A stretch of 62,090 bases of DNA, counting the filler, from Choristocarpus tenellus KU-1152 (taxonomy: Eukaryota > Protista > Phaeophyceae), in the NCBI GenBank assembly GCA_964200185.2. It is 12 parts of 12 records of this genome, joined end to end, with 100 filler letters (N's around TTAATTAATTAA, not from the genome) between each part and the next. Parts side by side here need not be neighbours in the genome. Positions count along the whole stretch, not along the records: positions 7,015 to 13,195 come from CAXNAD020008744.1; positions 13,296 to 16,235 come from CAXNAD020023497.1; positions 16,336 to 25,666 come from CAXNAD020003771.1; positions 25,767 to 28,597 come from CAXNAD020024360.1; 8 more parts are not named here. The stretch is one strand, 5' to 3'. Below are positions 13,136 to 26,399 of this stretch, piece by piece. The position numbers were made by a program, and so were the translations under genes. The notes under the pieces were generated by a model. It saw only the letters and a program-made list of their open reading frames with translations. It was not told the origin of the DNA and did no database searches. Numbering within the stretch: the stretch's first letter is position 1; every line of letters begins with the position of its first letter.

Positions 13136-13838
13136 CATGTATTATTTTTTATTTTGTAGTATGTTTGTGTATGATACGGTGGCTTCTGTGCAGGANNNNN
13201 NNNNNNNNNNNNNNNNNNNNNNNNNNNNNNNNNNNNNNNTTAATTAATTAANNNNNNNNNNNNNNNNNNNNNNNNNNNNNNNNNNNNNNNNNNNNCCCCC
13301 CCCAGATACTTTGACCCTTTGTGTCATGTCAGGACTATATCCGATACATGCTGTGCTAGACCAGTCCAGTCCAGTCCACGGGTCTGTCTAGTCCTGGACG
13401 GGTTTGAGGCATGTAGACAGACCCCTTTCGATTTGATTGGGGCTATATATGTACTGGCTATATATGTACTGGCTATATATGTACTCCGCACGCACGTGCA
13501 CATTTTTTTTTTTTTTTTACACTAAAAAAAAATGACAACTTGGTAGGTAGGGGGGTAGTACACGAGATTGGCAACATTAAATATATATATATATATATTT
13601 AATTATTTATTTTATATAATTTTGTTTTTTTTCTTCCCGAGCGGAAAAAAAAAATGTTTTTGGTTCTTATCCGGTGTTCGTTCGTTCCATCAGAAAAATA
13701 TTTTTTTCTCTTTTTTTTCTTTTTAGTGTGTGTTGCGGGTGGTCATAGAGGGGACACTGTGCGCTGTGTGATCGCATCGCAGTATTTCATTTATTTTATT
13801 TGTAATATATTTATTTTATTTGTAATATATTTATTTTA

Positions 13839-14099
13839 GAGCCAAAGTATATTAGAGGGTAGAGCCGTGTCCATTTGGGGGCCACAATCCAATGTTGCGA
13901 TTTTGATGTAATTTTGGCTATCGTGTTTGCTATGAATTGTCAATATCCTTATTCCAGACACACCCTTTCATAACGTATACATTTTACCTACTCTGAAAAT
14001 TTTTGGAGTAGGAAAATGTCATAAAAAGACCCCATGGGAAGTCAAGGCCCAAATGGACAAACAGGTCAAAACTCGTACCCTCTAAAGATACTTTCATTC
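13839..14099. mobile_element. MITE family A, full copy (~260 bp)
   Basis: TIRs GAGCCAAAGTATATTAGAGGGTA / TACCCTCTAAAGATACTTTCATTC; 3-bp TSD TTA. Confidence 0.9.
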
Positions 14100-14360
14100 T
14101 TATTTTTAATATTTTTATTTTATTTTTAATATATATTTTTTATTTTTTTTAGACGTTTTGGAAAAAAATTAAAATGGCAATATGAAACGATTTGATGAAG
14201 CTTTAAGGGTGGCCGGCGGTTAGAACATACATATGTATGTCAAGATTGTGCTTGACTGTTTTGAAGTATTATTTTATTTTGACTATTTGTGAATAATAAT
14301 AAAGTTTTGAAGTATTATTTTACGTACGTCCGGATGATAATGCGGGGGACGTTAAAAGGA

Positions 14361-14386
14361 TAGGGTTAGGGTTAGGGTTAGGGTTA
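14361..14386 (+). repeat. Interstitial telomere-type (TTAGGG)n tract
   Basis: TAGGGTTAGGGTTAGGGTTAGGGTTA; similar tracts at ~11837, 26088-26125, 59991, 60190 and 61333. Confidence 0.9.
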
Positions 14387-15585
14387 TAGGGTATTATTTG
14401 ACCAGAAAGTAATCGGTGGACCTTTATAGTCGGAGTGTTTCTGACGTGTACTAGAGAGACTGTTGAGTCATTTGGTATTCTGAGTCATTCAATGTAAGGA
14501 CTGGTGAGCCCCACCTAGTGAAGGTGTCTCACTCTCTTCTCAACTGTGATACAAGTTAATAAACAATAATATAACTGATTGTGTGGGACAACAGATCGTC
14601 AAGGACAGCTTAACAATATATATATATACATATTTTAAACACACACACACATAATGAATCAAGATGAAACATCCGTACACTGTGATGATAATATATTTTT
14701 TTTTGGGGGGGGGGTGCTGTGACGTGGCCGGCCTGACCGTCGAAACATGTTTTATTTTTTATCCGGTTGGCCATAGATTAAAAAAATGTTTTAATATAAA
14801 AAAAGAAGAAAAGTTCTGAGATTACATGCTCTAAGATTACACGTTTTCAGATTAAAAAATATTCTCAGATTAAAAAATATTCTAAGGTTAAAAACGTTTT
14901 CTCGTATTAAATGTTCTCAGATTACATTTTTCCCAGATTGAATGTTTTCTCAGATTACATGTTCTAAGATTAAATTTTCTGAGATGGCCGAGTCGATGTC
15001 TGTCACTACTTCAGCAACGTGACGGGGGCCGCCAGGCCAGGCGGCCCTGTACAACCGAGTTCAGAACATGGACAAGTCCATGGCCATCAACTGTGTTTCA
15101 ACATGGGCCATATACGACGACTGCCAGTGGGCATGCTGGCTGCCCGACCTGATGAGAAACGCCCTGTTTAATTTTCAAGAACATGTGCACATTAAATTGA
15201 AGTAATTTTCAAGTTTTTTTTGTTGTGTTGTGTTGTGTTGTGTTGTGTGTGTAGAGCTCTACCTCCACGAGGGCAAAGATGGTATGTGCAAGAGATGGGC
15301 GTGTGTTGTGTGTTGTGTGTAGCTGTTGGGTGGTCCATCAAACACCGCCTGCGCAGGATGCTTGTCAGGACGTGATCAACTACTGTGTACAATTGCAATT
15401 ACTAATTCAGAACCAATGCAAGAAAGTAAAAAAAAGGAGAGTGATTTAAAAAATATATATTTATTAAAAAAACATATTTAGCGGAGTGTACCGCACTCCT
15501 CCCCTCAGGAGATGTTGGAATAGTTTGCGGGTGGTTAGGTGATGTATGCACACAAAGATGTTCTCGTGATTTTTGGTTATTTGTG

Positions 15586-15756
15586 GGTGTGGGGGGGGGG
15601 GGTGGCGGCTGTCCATCCGGGGCCAATTTTTCATATTATTTTTGTTGTGATTTGGTTGCATGCGTCTGATGAATAATGTAAGTTCACTACTTCTCCTCCT
15701 GGTCAGGGCCTGAATGAACACCCTGGTGTAGACCCCCCCCCCAGATGCTTTGAGTC
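15586..15756. mobile_element. MITE family B, left TIR eroded
   Basis: G-run + GGCGGCTGTCCAT ... CACCCTGGTGTAGACC + C-run + AGATGCTTTGAGTC. Confidence 0.8.
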
Positions 15757-18700
15757 TGCTAAGTCACAAGAAACGCCTCCCCCTACACGGTATATGCTGG
15801 CCTGCGAACTGCTCAAACCGATGCCGAAGACAGGAGGTGGTGCTATCATTAGTTGTATTGTGGAGTAGTAGTGGTGTCAAGCTTTTAACCATGCTGGAGC
15901 CTTACCCCGAGGTCGTAGCAGCATGTTACAGTATTGTGGAAAATTGTTCCTACGACGCTGTAGTGATCAATAATAATAACAATAATAATAATTTATTATA
16001 TTATTATTATTATTATTATTGTTATTACGGAGTGTTTTTCTTGCTATAAAGTTTGTCGTAGATGTTAATACAGTTACATTGCATCTACTCTTGAAGCCCC
16101 TACACCAAAAACAAACAAACAAACAAACAAACGAGTAAACCTGATTCCCCCTGCCCCCCTCGCCCCTTGCCCCTTCTCCTCCCCCTCCCCCCCTCCCCCC
16201 TCCCCCCCCCTCCCAAAAAAATAATAATTATACTCNNNNNNNNNNNNNNNNNNNNNNNNNNNNNNNNNNNNNNNNNNNNTTAATTAATTAANNNNNNNNN
16301 NNNNNNNNNNNNNNNNNNNNNNNNNNNNNNNNNNNTTGTGTTGGTTGTATATTATTGTGAGAAGGGAAGGAAAAAAAAGCAAAGGGATAGGGGGGGGGGG
16401 GGGCTGTGTTGTAGTCAACAGTCTTCAGCCCCAATCAGAAAGGACTTTTTTTTTTATCCAGGCTTGCAAGGAACAAAACACAACCGATCATTGGGGACTA
16501 GCTAGGGAGGTCTGCGGACACACCGAGATCTTTGTTTTCCGTCGTTTGACTCCTGGCAATCTAGTAGAAAGTTCTGTTCTTGTCTTGCTGCATTATTTGT
16601 GGCTGGTTGTGACCCAGATCACGTTGACAATCACGTGCCCTAATTTATTTCGTCCTGTACATTCATACAGTACATCAATAGTGGTTCCATGAGACTCCTG
16701 CAACCTCATTGCTGTATGTATTCAGTGGTGGAGCTATTCACTAAGGCAAGGGTGGTGGGACACAACAATATATTGGGTAGACAGGAAGTAAAGAAGACCT
16801 GAGCAAAGCTAGTGACATTTGTTCAAGCGTTTTTTAGGCGGAGTGACCACCAATTAAAGTGTGGAGGGTTGGTAAGACGATCTGACCGTTAATCTCATCA
16901 CTTACGGTATATGGTATGATTATAGCATGCCGTCAACGGTTTCTTCCTTAGTCGTGCAGTTCTGCTGATCGAAACCGCCCCCCTTTTTATTTCACTTTTA
17001 ACAGGTCTGATTGTGCGTATCTCCTTTTTACCTCAAAATGTTCCATATCTTAGCATCCAGTGCAAACCATCACAGTTAACCCCCCATCTACATAGATGGA
17101 TTCCTCACCATGATGATCATTCCAGGTCTGTTTTTGTTTTTTCTTATTATTGAAATCGTAATGATGTAGAAAGCATTTCTGACTTGAGCTTTGAGCCATG
17201 CATGTAAACTCAAGGATTCTGTGGGTCATGAACACTCGCTGTGTTATCATTTGGAGTGAAAAGAGATGATAATGCTTCCTCTGCTCATGGCATTTTATTT
17301 TGGGGAGGAGTAAATAATATACTAAGTACTCCATCTGGACTCGCTAATAACTATTATACCTCCACAACTACACGGACAAAAATAAAATGGAAGCAACTAC
17401 ATCAAAATCCCTGTGACATTTAAGTCAAAAGACAAATTCTGGGTTTTCAAATTATGCATTGGATTGTAAATTCGAGGCTTGAGGTGTGGTGTCGAGATGC
17501 GCTGTCTGAGGTGGTGTGTGCCGCACCCACCAAAGTCACACAACACCAGGATTTTTTTATTAAACAAATTTGCTTATCTAGGATAATGCTATATACAGAA
17601 GAACCCATTTTTTTCCACCTTTAGTAACAACAGGTGAGGAGGATATTATGTTATCTCTCAAGGAAAAGCACTTCAAACTTGGAGGTTTTCAAAGAACCTC
17701 AAATATACAGAATTATACATCTTTTTGCACCTTTGATAATGAGCGAGGAGGTTATTGTGCTAAACTATCTCTGATGGAAAAGCACTTCGAAGGTTTTTCA
17801 AATAAGGTCAAATTTTTGATGATCGAGGCGGGATATTGCAGGGTGAAACGAAGCTACTAAATGGCGTGTGGGCGGTCTTTTAAGGGGTGAGCTAGGACGC
17901 CATTTTCGACTTTTTCTGCACGCAATTTTTAAGACTCGCGATTATGAGGACCCTCCAATGAAATTGGTGTGGGGTAGGTATGTAGGTGGGTTCAAGTTAC
18001 AGACGAAAAATCGAACTATAAAGGAGTAGGCCACATAGTACATATGATGTGGGTATGTCGTCTCCTCCAAGGCGTCTCAAAGTATCAGATACCAACACAA
18101 AGCCGGAGATGAACACGGAAGTGGTGTGGAGTGAGGAAGTTTGAAGTTGAAGGGTATTATGGTTATTAATCAGATATATATGGTGGGTTGTACAAAGGGT
18201 GATAGACGTGCCTTTTTGTAGTTGATATATTTCAATGTGGTTGGTTGGGTTCAAATGCCTATATGGTCGTTACATTATTGAATGTGTTGATATGGAGGTT
18301 GAAATTGTGGTCAGACAGTTTGACTTGGTGGAATTGTTGTGTCGATTTTGCGGGTAGATGTGTAGTCATCCTTGTATTATTGCTATTGATATATAGGGTC
18401 ATTAATGAACTTCTGTAATTATAGAATGTGACAAGTGGTAAGTGACGCGGTCTGAGTCCGTTGCAACTTTCTGGGGCTAAATGAAAACATGAATATTCCA
18501 TCACTCGAGTGGTTTGGATACAACTTGTATCACACTTTCAGTTAATAGTGAGTCAAAATATCCTAGAGAGGGGTGGATTTTCATTCCTGACACCCCATTT
18601 TGATTATCAAAATTAAGGTGGCCCCCATCAGGATGCTGTGGAAAGTAGAAGAAATGACAACTGTATATTAATCATGTAATTATGTGGTGAGGTGATCCAC

Positions 18701-19022
18701 CCAGACAGGCATGGTGAAGAGAATCGCGAGGCAAGACGGACAAGATGGACCAAGACAAATCGTAATCAAGAGGACAAGGTAAGGTCGGACAAGGACGAGA
18801 GCAGAGAGTGGAGTGAATCGTGATTCAGACAGGAGACCCTCAACAAGTCTCCTCCGTATTTGGTCGCTCTAAACATTCCCCACTGTCGAAGCATGCTTGT
18901 TCACCAGGGTTCAAGATAATGTTGTTGTGCATGTTGTACTCTTTACACTGTGCTTCCTTTTCTCCAGTCTCTATAGTGCTGTTACGTTTTGTTGCCTTCT
19001 CCTCTTTACATTTATTTTCTGT

Positions 19023-19623
19023 GGCTCAAAGTATCTGGGGGGGTGGTGGCTGTCCATTTGGGGTCAATTTTTTTTCATGTCACGATTTTTTGGTGCTTTG
19101 GTTCCATACTTCGGATGGATAATGAGTGAAAGTATCTTAGAGGGTACGAGTTTTGCCCTGTTTGTCCATTTGGGGCTTGGCTTCCCATGGTCTCTTTTTA
19201 TGAAATTTTCCCTACTCCAAAATGTTTCGGAGTGGGTAAATTGTATACGTTATGAAAAGGAGTGTCTGGAACAAGGATACTGACGCTTCCGAACAAACAC
19301 GATAGCCAAAATTACATCAAAATCACAACATTAGATTTTGGACCCCAAATGGACGTGGCTCTACCCTCTAAGATACTTTGGCTCGGTATAAATTTTGTCC
19401 TGTTTGTCCATGTGGGGCTTGGTTTCCCATGGGTTTTTATTGATATTTTACCTACTCCAAAATGTTTCGGAGTAGATAAAATGTGTACGTTATGAAAAGG
19501 AGTGTCCAGACAAGGATATTGATATCTCCTAACAAACACGATAGTCAAAATTACATCAAAATTGCAACATTGGATTTTGGTCCCCAAATGGACGCGGCTG
19601 TACCCTCTAAGATACTTTGGCTC
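19023..19623. mobile_element. MITE cluster: half of a family B copy (19023-19123), a full family A copy (19124-19384) and a 5'-truncated family A copy (19385-19623)
   Basis: Direct comparison with other A and B copies in the window. Confidence 0.9.
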
Positions 19624-19624
19624 T

Positions 19625-22600
19625 TTTGCAAAAATGTCAGATACATATTGCTTTGATCGATTCAAAGCCGTCGTTTGACTGTTCTACCTGTCCAATATTC
19701 ATAAGATACTCATGGCAACTTGAGTTGCAACATTTTGCAGTTAAACAGATTGTGTCACATACACATTGCTAGGGATCACTGCTGTTCGATTGTTTCACCT
19801 TCACATTATCCATACAATACCAATGGTGACTTGAGCGGTAGGACTTTGCAGTAGAATACACAATTGTCATTTGCGCATTGGTTGGGTTTTTCCAGAACTG
19901 TTCCTGGATCGTTGCACTTGGTCAATATCCATATGATATCAAGGGTGACTTGAGTGACAACATTTTGAAATAATACTCAAAGGTACCACTAATTTATATC
20001 TTGGATAGATCCAAAACACCTATTCGACTGTTTCACCTCCGTGTTATCCATCCGATGCTAATGGAGACTTGTGTGCTGATATGTTACAGTTAAACATACA
20101 AGCGTAAGTATCGCATTGCTTGGATGGATTCGAAACCATTGTTGTGTCGTTTCGCCTCCCTAATATCCATAAGACAGCGATTATAACTCGAGCAGCAACC
20201 TATTGCAATGAACGGAGGCAAAAATTATTACACGTTGTATCATTAAGCCATACTACAAGCGCCCATTACACGTTCTTCTGATGGATTCAGAACTGTTTTA
20301 GGACGGTTTCACCCCATAATACCCATAAGTTTCCAATGGTGACTTGAGCAGCAACATTTCGCGCTGTTTTTGGAAGTGTCAGTTACGCAATTGCTTGGAT
20401 GCATCCAGAATCGGTTTGGACGTTTCACCTGGCCAATATCCATAAGATTGCAATGTTGACTCGAGCAACGATAATTTGCAGTAGTTTACTGTAACATTAG
20501 GTAGACAATGCCTGGACGGATTCAAAACCGTCCTGTGTCGTTCCACGTGCCCAATATTCTTAAGAGGGCAATGATGGCATTAACAGGAATGTGTTGCAAT
20601 TTAGCATCGGAGGATAAGTCTTGCAGTGCTTGGATGGGTCCGCAACCTTTGTTGGACGTTTTTACCTGGCCAATATCCATAAGATACTAATGGTGACTCA
20701 AGTGGCGAGATTTTGCAATGTACTTGCAATATGTGGTTCTACATGCTACACATTGAAACATTTAAGAGTCCATGACACATTTTTCGGATGTATCCAGAAC
20801 CATTGTTGGACAGTTTCACATGCTCAGTATCCGCAGGATATAAACGGCAACTTGAGCGGTAACATTTTGGACAATTTTCTATATTCAGTAACAGACTGCT
20901 TTGATGTATCCAAACCATAGGTTGATGGTTTCACTTGCGCAATGTAGGTAATATACCAATGGCGATTTGAGCGGCCACATTGTGCCATTGAACACATACG
21001 TGTCAGTCACACATTGCTTGGATGGTTCAAAGACCATTGTTTGACCGTATCATCTCCTCAATCTCCACAAGATAGCAATTGTGACTGGAGCATAACCTTT
21101 CATCACTTGACACGCAAGTGTCAGTTATACATTACTCGGACGGATAAAAAAAAAGTAATTTGATCGTTTCACCTACACAATATCCCTACGATAGCAACAG
21201 GGACCTGCGTGGCAACACTTTACTGTATTTTACAGAAGTGTCAGTTACACATTGCTTGATGGACTCAGAACAATTATTCGATCCTTTCATCGACCCAATA
21301 TCCGTTAGACACTAATTGCGACTTAAGCGGCAACATCTTCCCGTGTATTAAAAAAGTATGAGGTATTAATTGGAGGGATCTGGAAATGTTGTTGTACAGT
21401 ATCGCAGGATAAACCTCCGTTAGATTCCAACGGAGACTTGAGCGGCAATAATTTTACGGGTAAACACATATGTGTGACCTACACGTTGCTTAGATCGATC
21501 CAAAATTTAGGACGCCAAAGGCAATTTGAGTAACTACACTTTGCAGTAATACACACAAGTGTCAGTTACACGTTGGTTGGATGGATTCAGAACTGCTTCT
21601 GGACAGATTCAACTGCGCACTATCTATACAATCCAGGGGATGATTGGAACGACAGCATCTACCAGTTTCTCAAGTCGTAAGATTGAGTTACATATTGCTT
21701 GGAGGGTTCCAATAGCCATTGTTGAATTGTTTCACTTGCCCAACACCTGTCAAATAGAGATGGTAGATTGGGAGGTAATATTTTGTTTTTTTTTGGCATA
21801 AGAGTCCCTTGCATATCACTTGTATGGATCCAAAACAGTTCTTGAATCGTTTTGCCTGCTCAATTTTCATAAGATCCCAATGGTGACTCAATTGGCCATC
21901 CCTTTCTGGCAAATGCATGTTCTTCCGGCTACATATTGCTTCGACAGGTACAAAACTGTTGTTGGACCATTTTGCCGGTGCATTGTCCGTGATGTTCCAA
22001 AGGTGATTCAAGCAGCAAGGTTATGTAGATTTCGACGAACGTTTCAGGTACGCTTTACTTGGATCAAAATCGTTGTCTGATCGATCAACCTGTCCAATAT
22101 CTGTGAGATTCCGAAGGTTTTGAAGCAGAATGAATTTGCAGCTTGCAGCATGGGTGTCAGTAACACAATGCTTGGGTGGATTCAAAACCGTTGTTGGATA
22201 ATTTGACCTGCCTAACATGTACAGGATGCCAATGGTTACTTGAGCGGTAACAATTTGCAATGGAGTACACGAGTGTTAGTTAAACGTTGCTTGGATGGAT
22301 CCAAAACTGTTTTTTAGATCATTTCGCCTCCCCCGATATCCATTAGATACCAATGATGACTTGACTGACAACACTTTTCAGATATGTGCGTTTGTGTGAG
22401 ATACAAAGGAAGCAATTTTTGACAGTTGATGATGCAAGTGTGAATTACACATTGTTTGGACCCAAAACGGTTGTTTGACCGTTCAACCTGCACAATGAGC
22501 CAAACCGATTCAGAGGGAGGCAGGTTTGGACCCTTTTGCACTCTGAGCTGTCTTTCTTACCCTGGGCAATACCCTCTATTTCGTTGCTATATGAAAATTA

Positions 22601-23780
22601 TCGTACGCAAAATTAATATTCTCCTTTCCACACACAAGGTGATATCACAATTCAGTAAAGGCTCTTTCTGCAATTGTACAAAATGGCAACTTCTTGCCCT
22701 TTCTCGGGATCCTTAATGCAACCCTGTGCCTACCTCTCTTGGTTTGATTCAATACCCATAAGATGGTGATGGTGACTTGAGCGGTAAGATTTGTAGTGTA
22801 CGACAGGGGTTTCAGTTAAATTCCCCCTAGATGTGTGCAAAACCATTTTGTGACTATTTCACCTATTACTCAATATCATTAATGTACCAATGGTGACTTG
22901 AGTGGCAAAGTTCTGCTGTATCTGACAGAGATGTCAGTTATACATTGTTTATGTGTGTCTGAGTCCTTTGTGGACCTTTTCAGCGACCCAGTAGTCCAAA
23001 GGTACTAGTGGCGACCTGACCCGCAACATTTTTCACTATTTTCGAAAGTTTAAGTTGCACATTGCTTGGATTAATCCCAAACCGTTATTTGACCCGGTGA
23101 CATGCCCAGTTAATTGTCACGAGATCCCAACGGTAACTTGAGCGGGAACGATTCGCAGTTAGTACAAAAATTTGACAGTTACACTTCGCTCGGATGGTTC
23201 CAAACCATTGTTTGGCCGTTAGACCTGCCCAGTATCCACGATATTTCAATGGTGACTTGAGCGGTAAATACTTCCAGTGAGACACACTCAGGAATCAGTT
23301 AAACATCGTTTGGATGGATTCAAACGTGTTGGTGAATCGTTTCAACAACCAAGTATCCAGATCATACCAATGGTGACTTAATCAGCAAGATATTTAGCAG
23401 TATTTTTGGTCAAGGTCAGATAAGTATTGCTTAGACAGCTCCAAAACCGTGGCTGTACCGTTTCACTTGCTAAATATCCACAAGATATCAAGAGTGACTA
23501 GAGCGACAACATTTTCCCCAATGTGTCAGAAGTTTTAGTTACACATTGCTTGGATGGTTCCAAAGTAATTTAAAAAATATTTTTTCCTGCCCAATATTCT
23601 TAAGATAGTGATGGTGACTTGAGGGACAAGTTTTTCTAGAATATGGGTGGTGTCAGTTACGCATTTGCTTGATAACATTAAAGAATCGTTGTATGATTGT
23701 CTTACCTCCTCAATATCCCTAAAATATTAATGGTGACATGAGCAGCCACATTTTCCATTTATACGCATTAGTATCAACTA
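19625..23780. repeat. Highly diverged tandem array, ~119-bp unit, about 33 copies
   Basis: By-eye consensus GTGTCAGTTACACATTGCTTGGATGGATCCAAAACCGTTGTTGGACCGTTTCACCTGCCCAATATCCATAAGATACCAATGGTGACTTGAGCGGCAACATTTTGCAGT + ~12 variable nt. The GACTTGAG anchor recurs at 19832, 19951, 20070, 20189 (119-bp steps) and onward. Confidence 0.92.
22497..22750. mobile_element. MITE family D inserted in the 119-bp array
   Basis: TIRs GAGCCAAACC / GGTTTGATTC; 3-bp TSD AAT; removing it restores an array unit (CTGCACAATACCCATAAG). Confidence 0.88.
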
Positions 23781-24545
23781 CATATCATAGTCCTCATTTG
23801 TAGAGAGTTGTACCTCACTTTAACACCCAGCCTCCACAAGACCATATTATAGGACAGTGCATGTAGGATGATGCATGATCGATGTGTTCTTCTTGTTGAA
23901 ATCCAATGCAGTGTAGAAGGAATTTGTGGCAATGGGACTGAACCTTCGTCTAGTGGACCTCTGGAAGTGTCTATGTCATGCAACCATGTATCACAACCTC
24001 AAGCACCTCAGCCTAGACCGGTCAAACATTAAGCTTAAAATTGATGGACCTGTGGTCATGTCATAAACTGGATCACAGAACCCAAAAAGGCGCATCTTGC
24101 CTATTTCAGTTCAAAAATGGCGTAGTCGGCCTCAAAATACTCTCAGCCTTCGAGATTTCAAGAGTTCTAGTGTCGAAATAGAACTTACGTTGTTTTTGGA
24201 CTGAAAATCGAATGGTCCAACTTCTGAAAAGAAACGTTAAGAGCCTTTCCTTCGTCGGAATTATGGGGTTCTCATTGACTGTCGGAATAATAGACTTTTC
24301 ATTGGTTTAAAGCATCCACATTTCCAGGATAGTTCGAGGTACACTTCAACTCCAGTGATTACTGAAACAAGTCACAGTTCATCATTTCTTTGACACTATT
24401 CAGAACATGAAATTAGAGAACATGCGAAACAATCTGGGGCGTACGCAAATTTTCTAGGTACTCAAAGCATTATAATTCCAGTGAGTGTCACAGACTGTAG
24501 CGCTCACATAGATTTCTAAAAGCATGTTTCTAGAGACAGAACTAA

Positions 24546-24806
24546 TTATTTGCAATAGTGAAAATGTGGTACACTCAGTTTTAATAGATGAACAACGGAT
24601 GAAGTCATATTGATGACATAGGTTTCAATATATATTTCATTGCAAGCTGTGTTTGCCTGACAGATTGAATCAACTACAGTGTTGAAGGCCTCTCCGTTTC
24701 TACCCGCACTAGGAGGGCTGTGCTCAACGAAATGCTGGCATTGACATGTCCAATAGCGTCTATACACATCGTCACAGTTGGCCGTGAAATTAACATTCAT
24801 ATCCAC
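24546..24806 (-). pseudogene. Possible Mutator/MULE WRKY-GCM1(FAR1)-type zinc-finger remnant
   Basis: YRRYWTCQCQH...ANTACNEIYIET...LKLSVPHFH has the C...C-x(~23)-HxH layout of MULE DNA-binding domains; flanking frames are broken. Confidence 0.35.
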
Positions 24807-26399
24807 ATATCGTCAGTGTTGTTCTGAATAGTGGCAAAACGCTGTTCCTTACCACCGTTTCCTCTCAAATAATTCGAAACAAGGTACACCTCCATACCAA
24901 AGAAACTATTTGCCATTTTCGCGAGAATGCCGCTAACCACGGATTATGTGCGGCATTATGACAACTTTCTGACACTGAGAAGTAACAGAGTGACCGATAG
25001 AAAGAACAATTCGCGATATCATAGAGTCAGAGAGAGGTCATTCTCTTGCGGTGATACAGCCAGCATCTCCCAAGCATACAATGCTGTTTAGGAAGGACTA
25101 TTAGTAGGAAGTCGGAGATACCTCCATGTGCCAATACTGTGGGTGGTTGGCCATGCCTTCGACAATATTCTTATCATGTTCGGGGTTGCTGATGATACTC
25201 ACCCTTCTTATGTATGGATGCATCATACTACGAAGAAAAAAAATGTAATATTTGGTGGGAGGGGTTTGAGCATTCCCCTCAGCAATCCACCTCCACTTGT
25301 ACAGTTCCTCCTGCCCAAATGGTCCTCGTTAGTGTATGTTGCAGGGTTGTTTGACGACAGTTACGACTATCCACATATTTGCTTTTAGTGAGAATGCAGT
25401 GGCTACTAGTACCACTTTCATTATATGCACGATGACATTTTTGTGGATGATTTGATTATTTGGTAACGTTCCCCATTGTAATCTCTGTAAAATGTCATGT
25501 AGCAAAACAAAGCAATGAAATACGTATGTGATACAACGTATGTTGTTGTCATCAGGCTCAAAGTATCTGGGGGGGGGGGGGGGGGGGGGGGCGCTGTCCC
25601 TTGGGGGGGAATTTTTTTTCTTCCGGGTGTTTGGGGGTGTGTTTGGCATGTGGCGGGGGAGGTATGNNNNNNNNNNNNNNNNNNNNNNNNNNNNNNNNNN
25701 NNNNNNNNNNTTAATTAATTAANNNNNNNNNNNNNNNNNNNNNNNNNNNNNNNNNNNNNNNNNNNNGGGGGGGAAGAGGGCATGGATTCAGCACGTAGGT
25801 GATTGGACACACACATTCACACACACGCATACATGGGAAAAAAAATCAGTGTGTGTGTCTGTAGGTCTGACAAAGTTGGCCATGGAAAGATCTCCTATTT
25901 CTTTCTGTAGTGTCATGCATCAATCTTGAAGGCATGGCTTTGTGTCTTTTTTTCGTGTAGTGTAACATTGGCAAGGACTTGGTCTAGAACATGCAAACTC
26001 TTGTCGTAAGGCTTGTAGCAGTGTCTGGAGCTGATAAGACTATTGTGTGCATTTACTATAATAAAACCGTACCCGTAGGTCAATGAAGGTTAGGGTTAGG
26101 GTTAGGGTTAGGGTTAGGGCTAGGGCTGCGGCTGGGGAAGAGGTACAACTGAGTATGATTGAATATCAGTTCAATTTTGCCTCGTCGCCTCGTCGCCAAT
26201 TGGTCAAATTTTTCGGTACTTGGAGCAAGATATCAACTCAAGAATTAAAATAGATATCAAACTGCTACAGAATACTGAGGGCACATTGTGCAACAAAGCA
26301 TACTACTCTGCTGATCCTTCTTTCTGTCGTGAATATGAAAGAAGTCTACCCCGAACCCCAGAAATCTGATCGAGTGACCTCAACAATGTAGGTCACACC

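Larger units (their letters stand above)
13340..15166 (-). mobile_element. Second, inverted copy of the hAT-like element
   Basis: Shares both subterminal blocks with 10212-11668 in reverse order and ends GAAACGCCCTG. Contains a MITE A copy, a TTAGGG tract and degenerate TTCTCAGATTA repeats (14815-14985). Confidence 0.45.

Noticed and set aside
18683-18846. Possible solo LTR (TG...CCCTCAACA)
   Set aside because: No TSD, PBS or second copy in the window.
19625-23780. CRISPR-like array or 5S rRNA tandem (119 nt)
   Set aside because: No invariant repeat with unique spacers, no cas-like ORF, and no resemblance to the 5S rRNA sequence.
19625-23780. Array as a spliced LRR gene (DLSGN in one frame; G[CT]AAC...TCAG mini-intron)
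   Set aside because: The implied exon is 86 nt (not a multiple of 3), contains TAA, lacks LxxLxL spacing, and the splice dinucleotides are not conserved across units.
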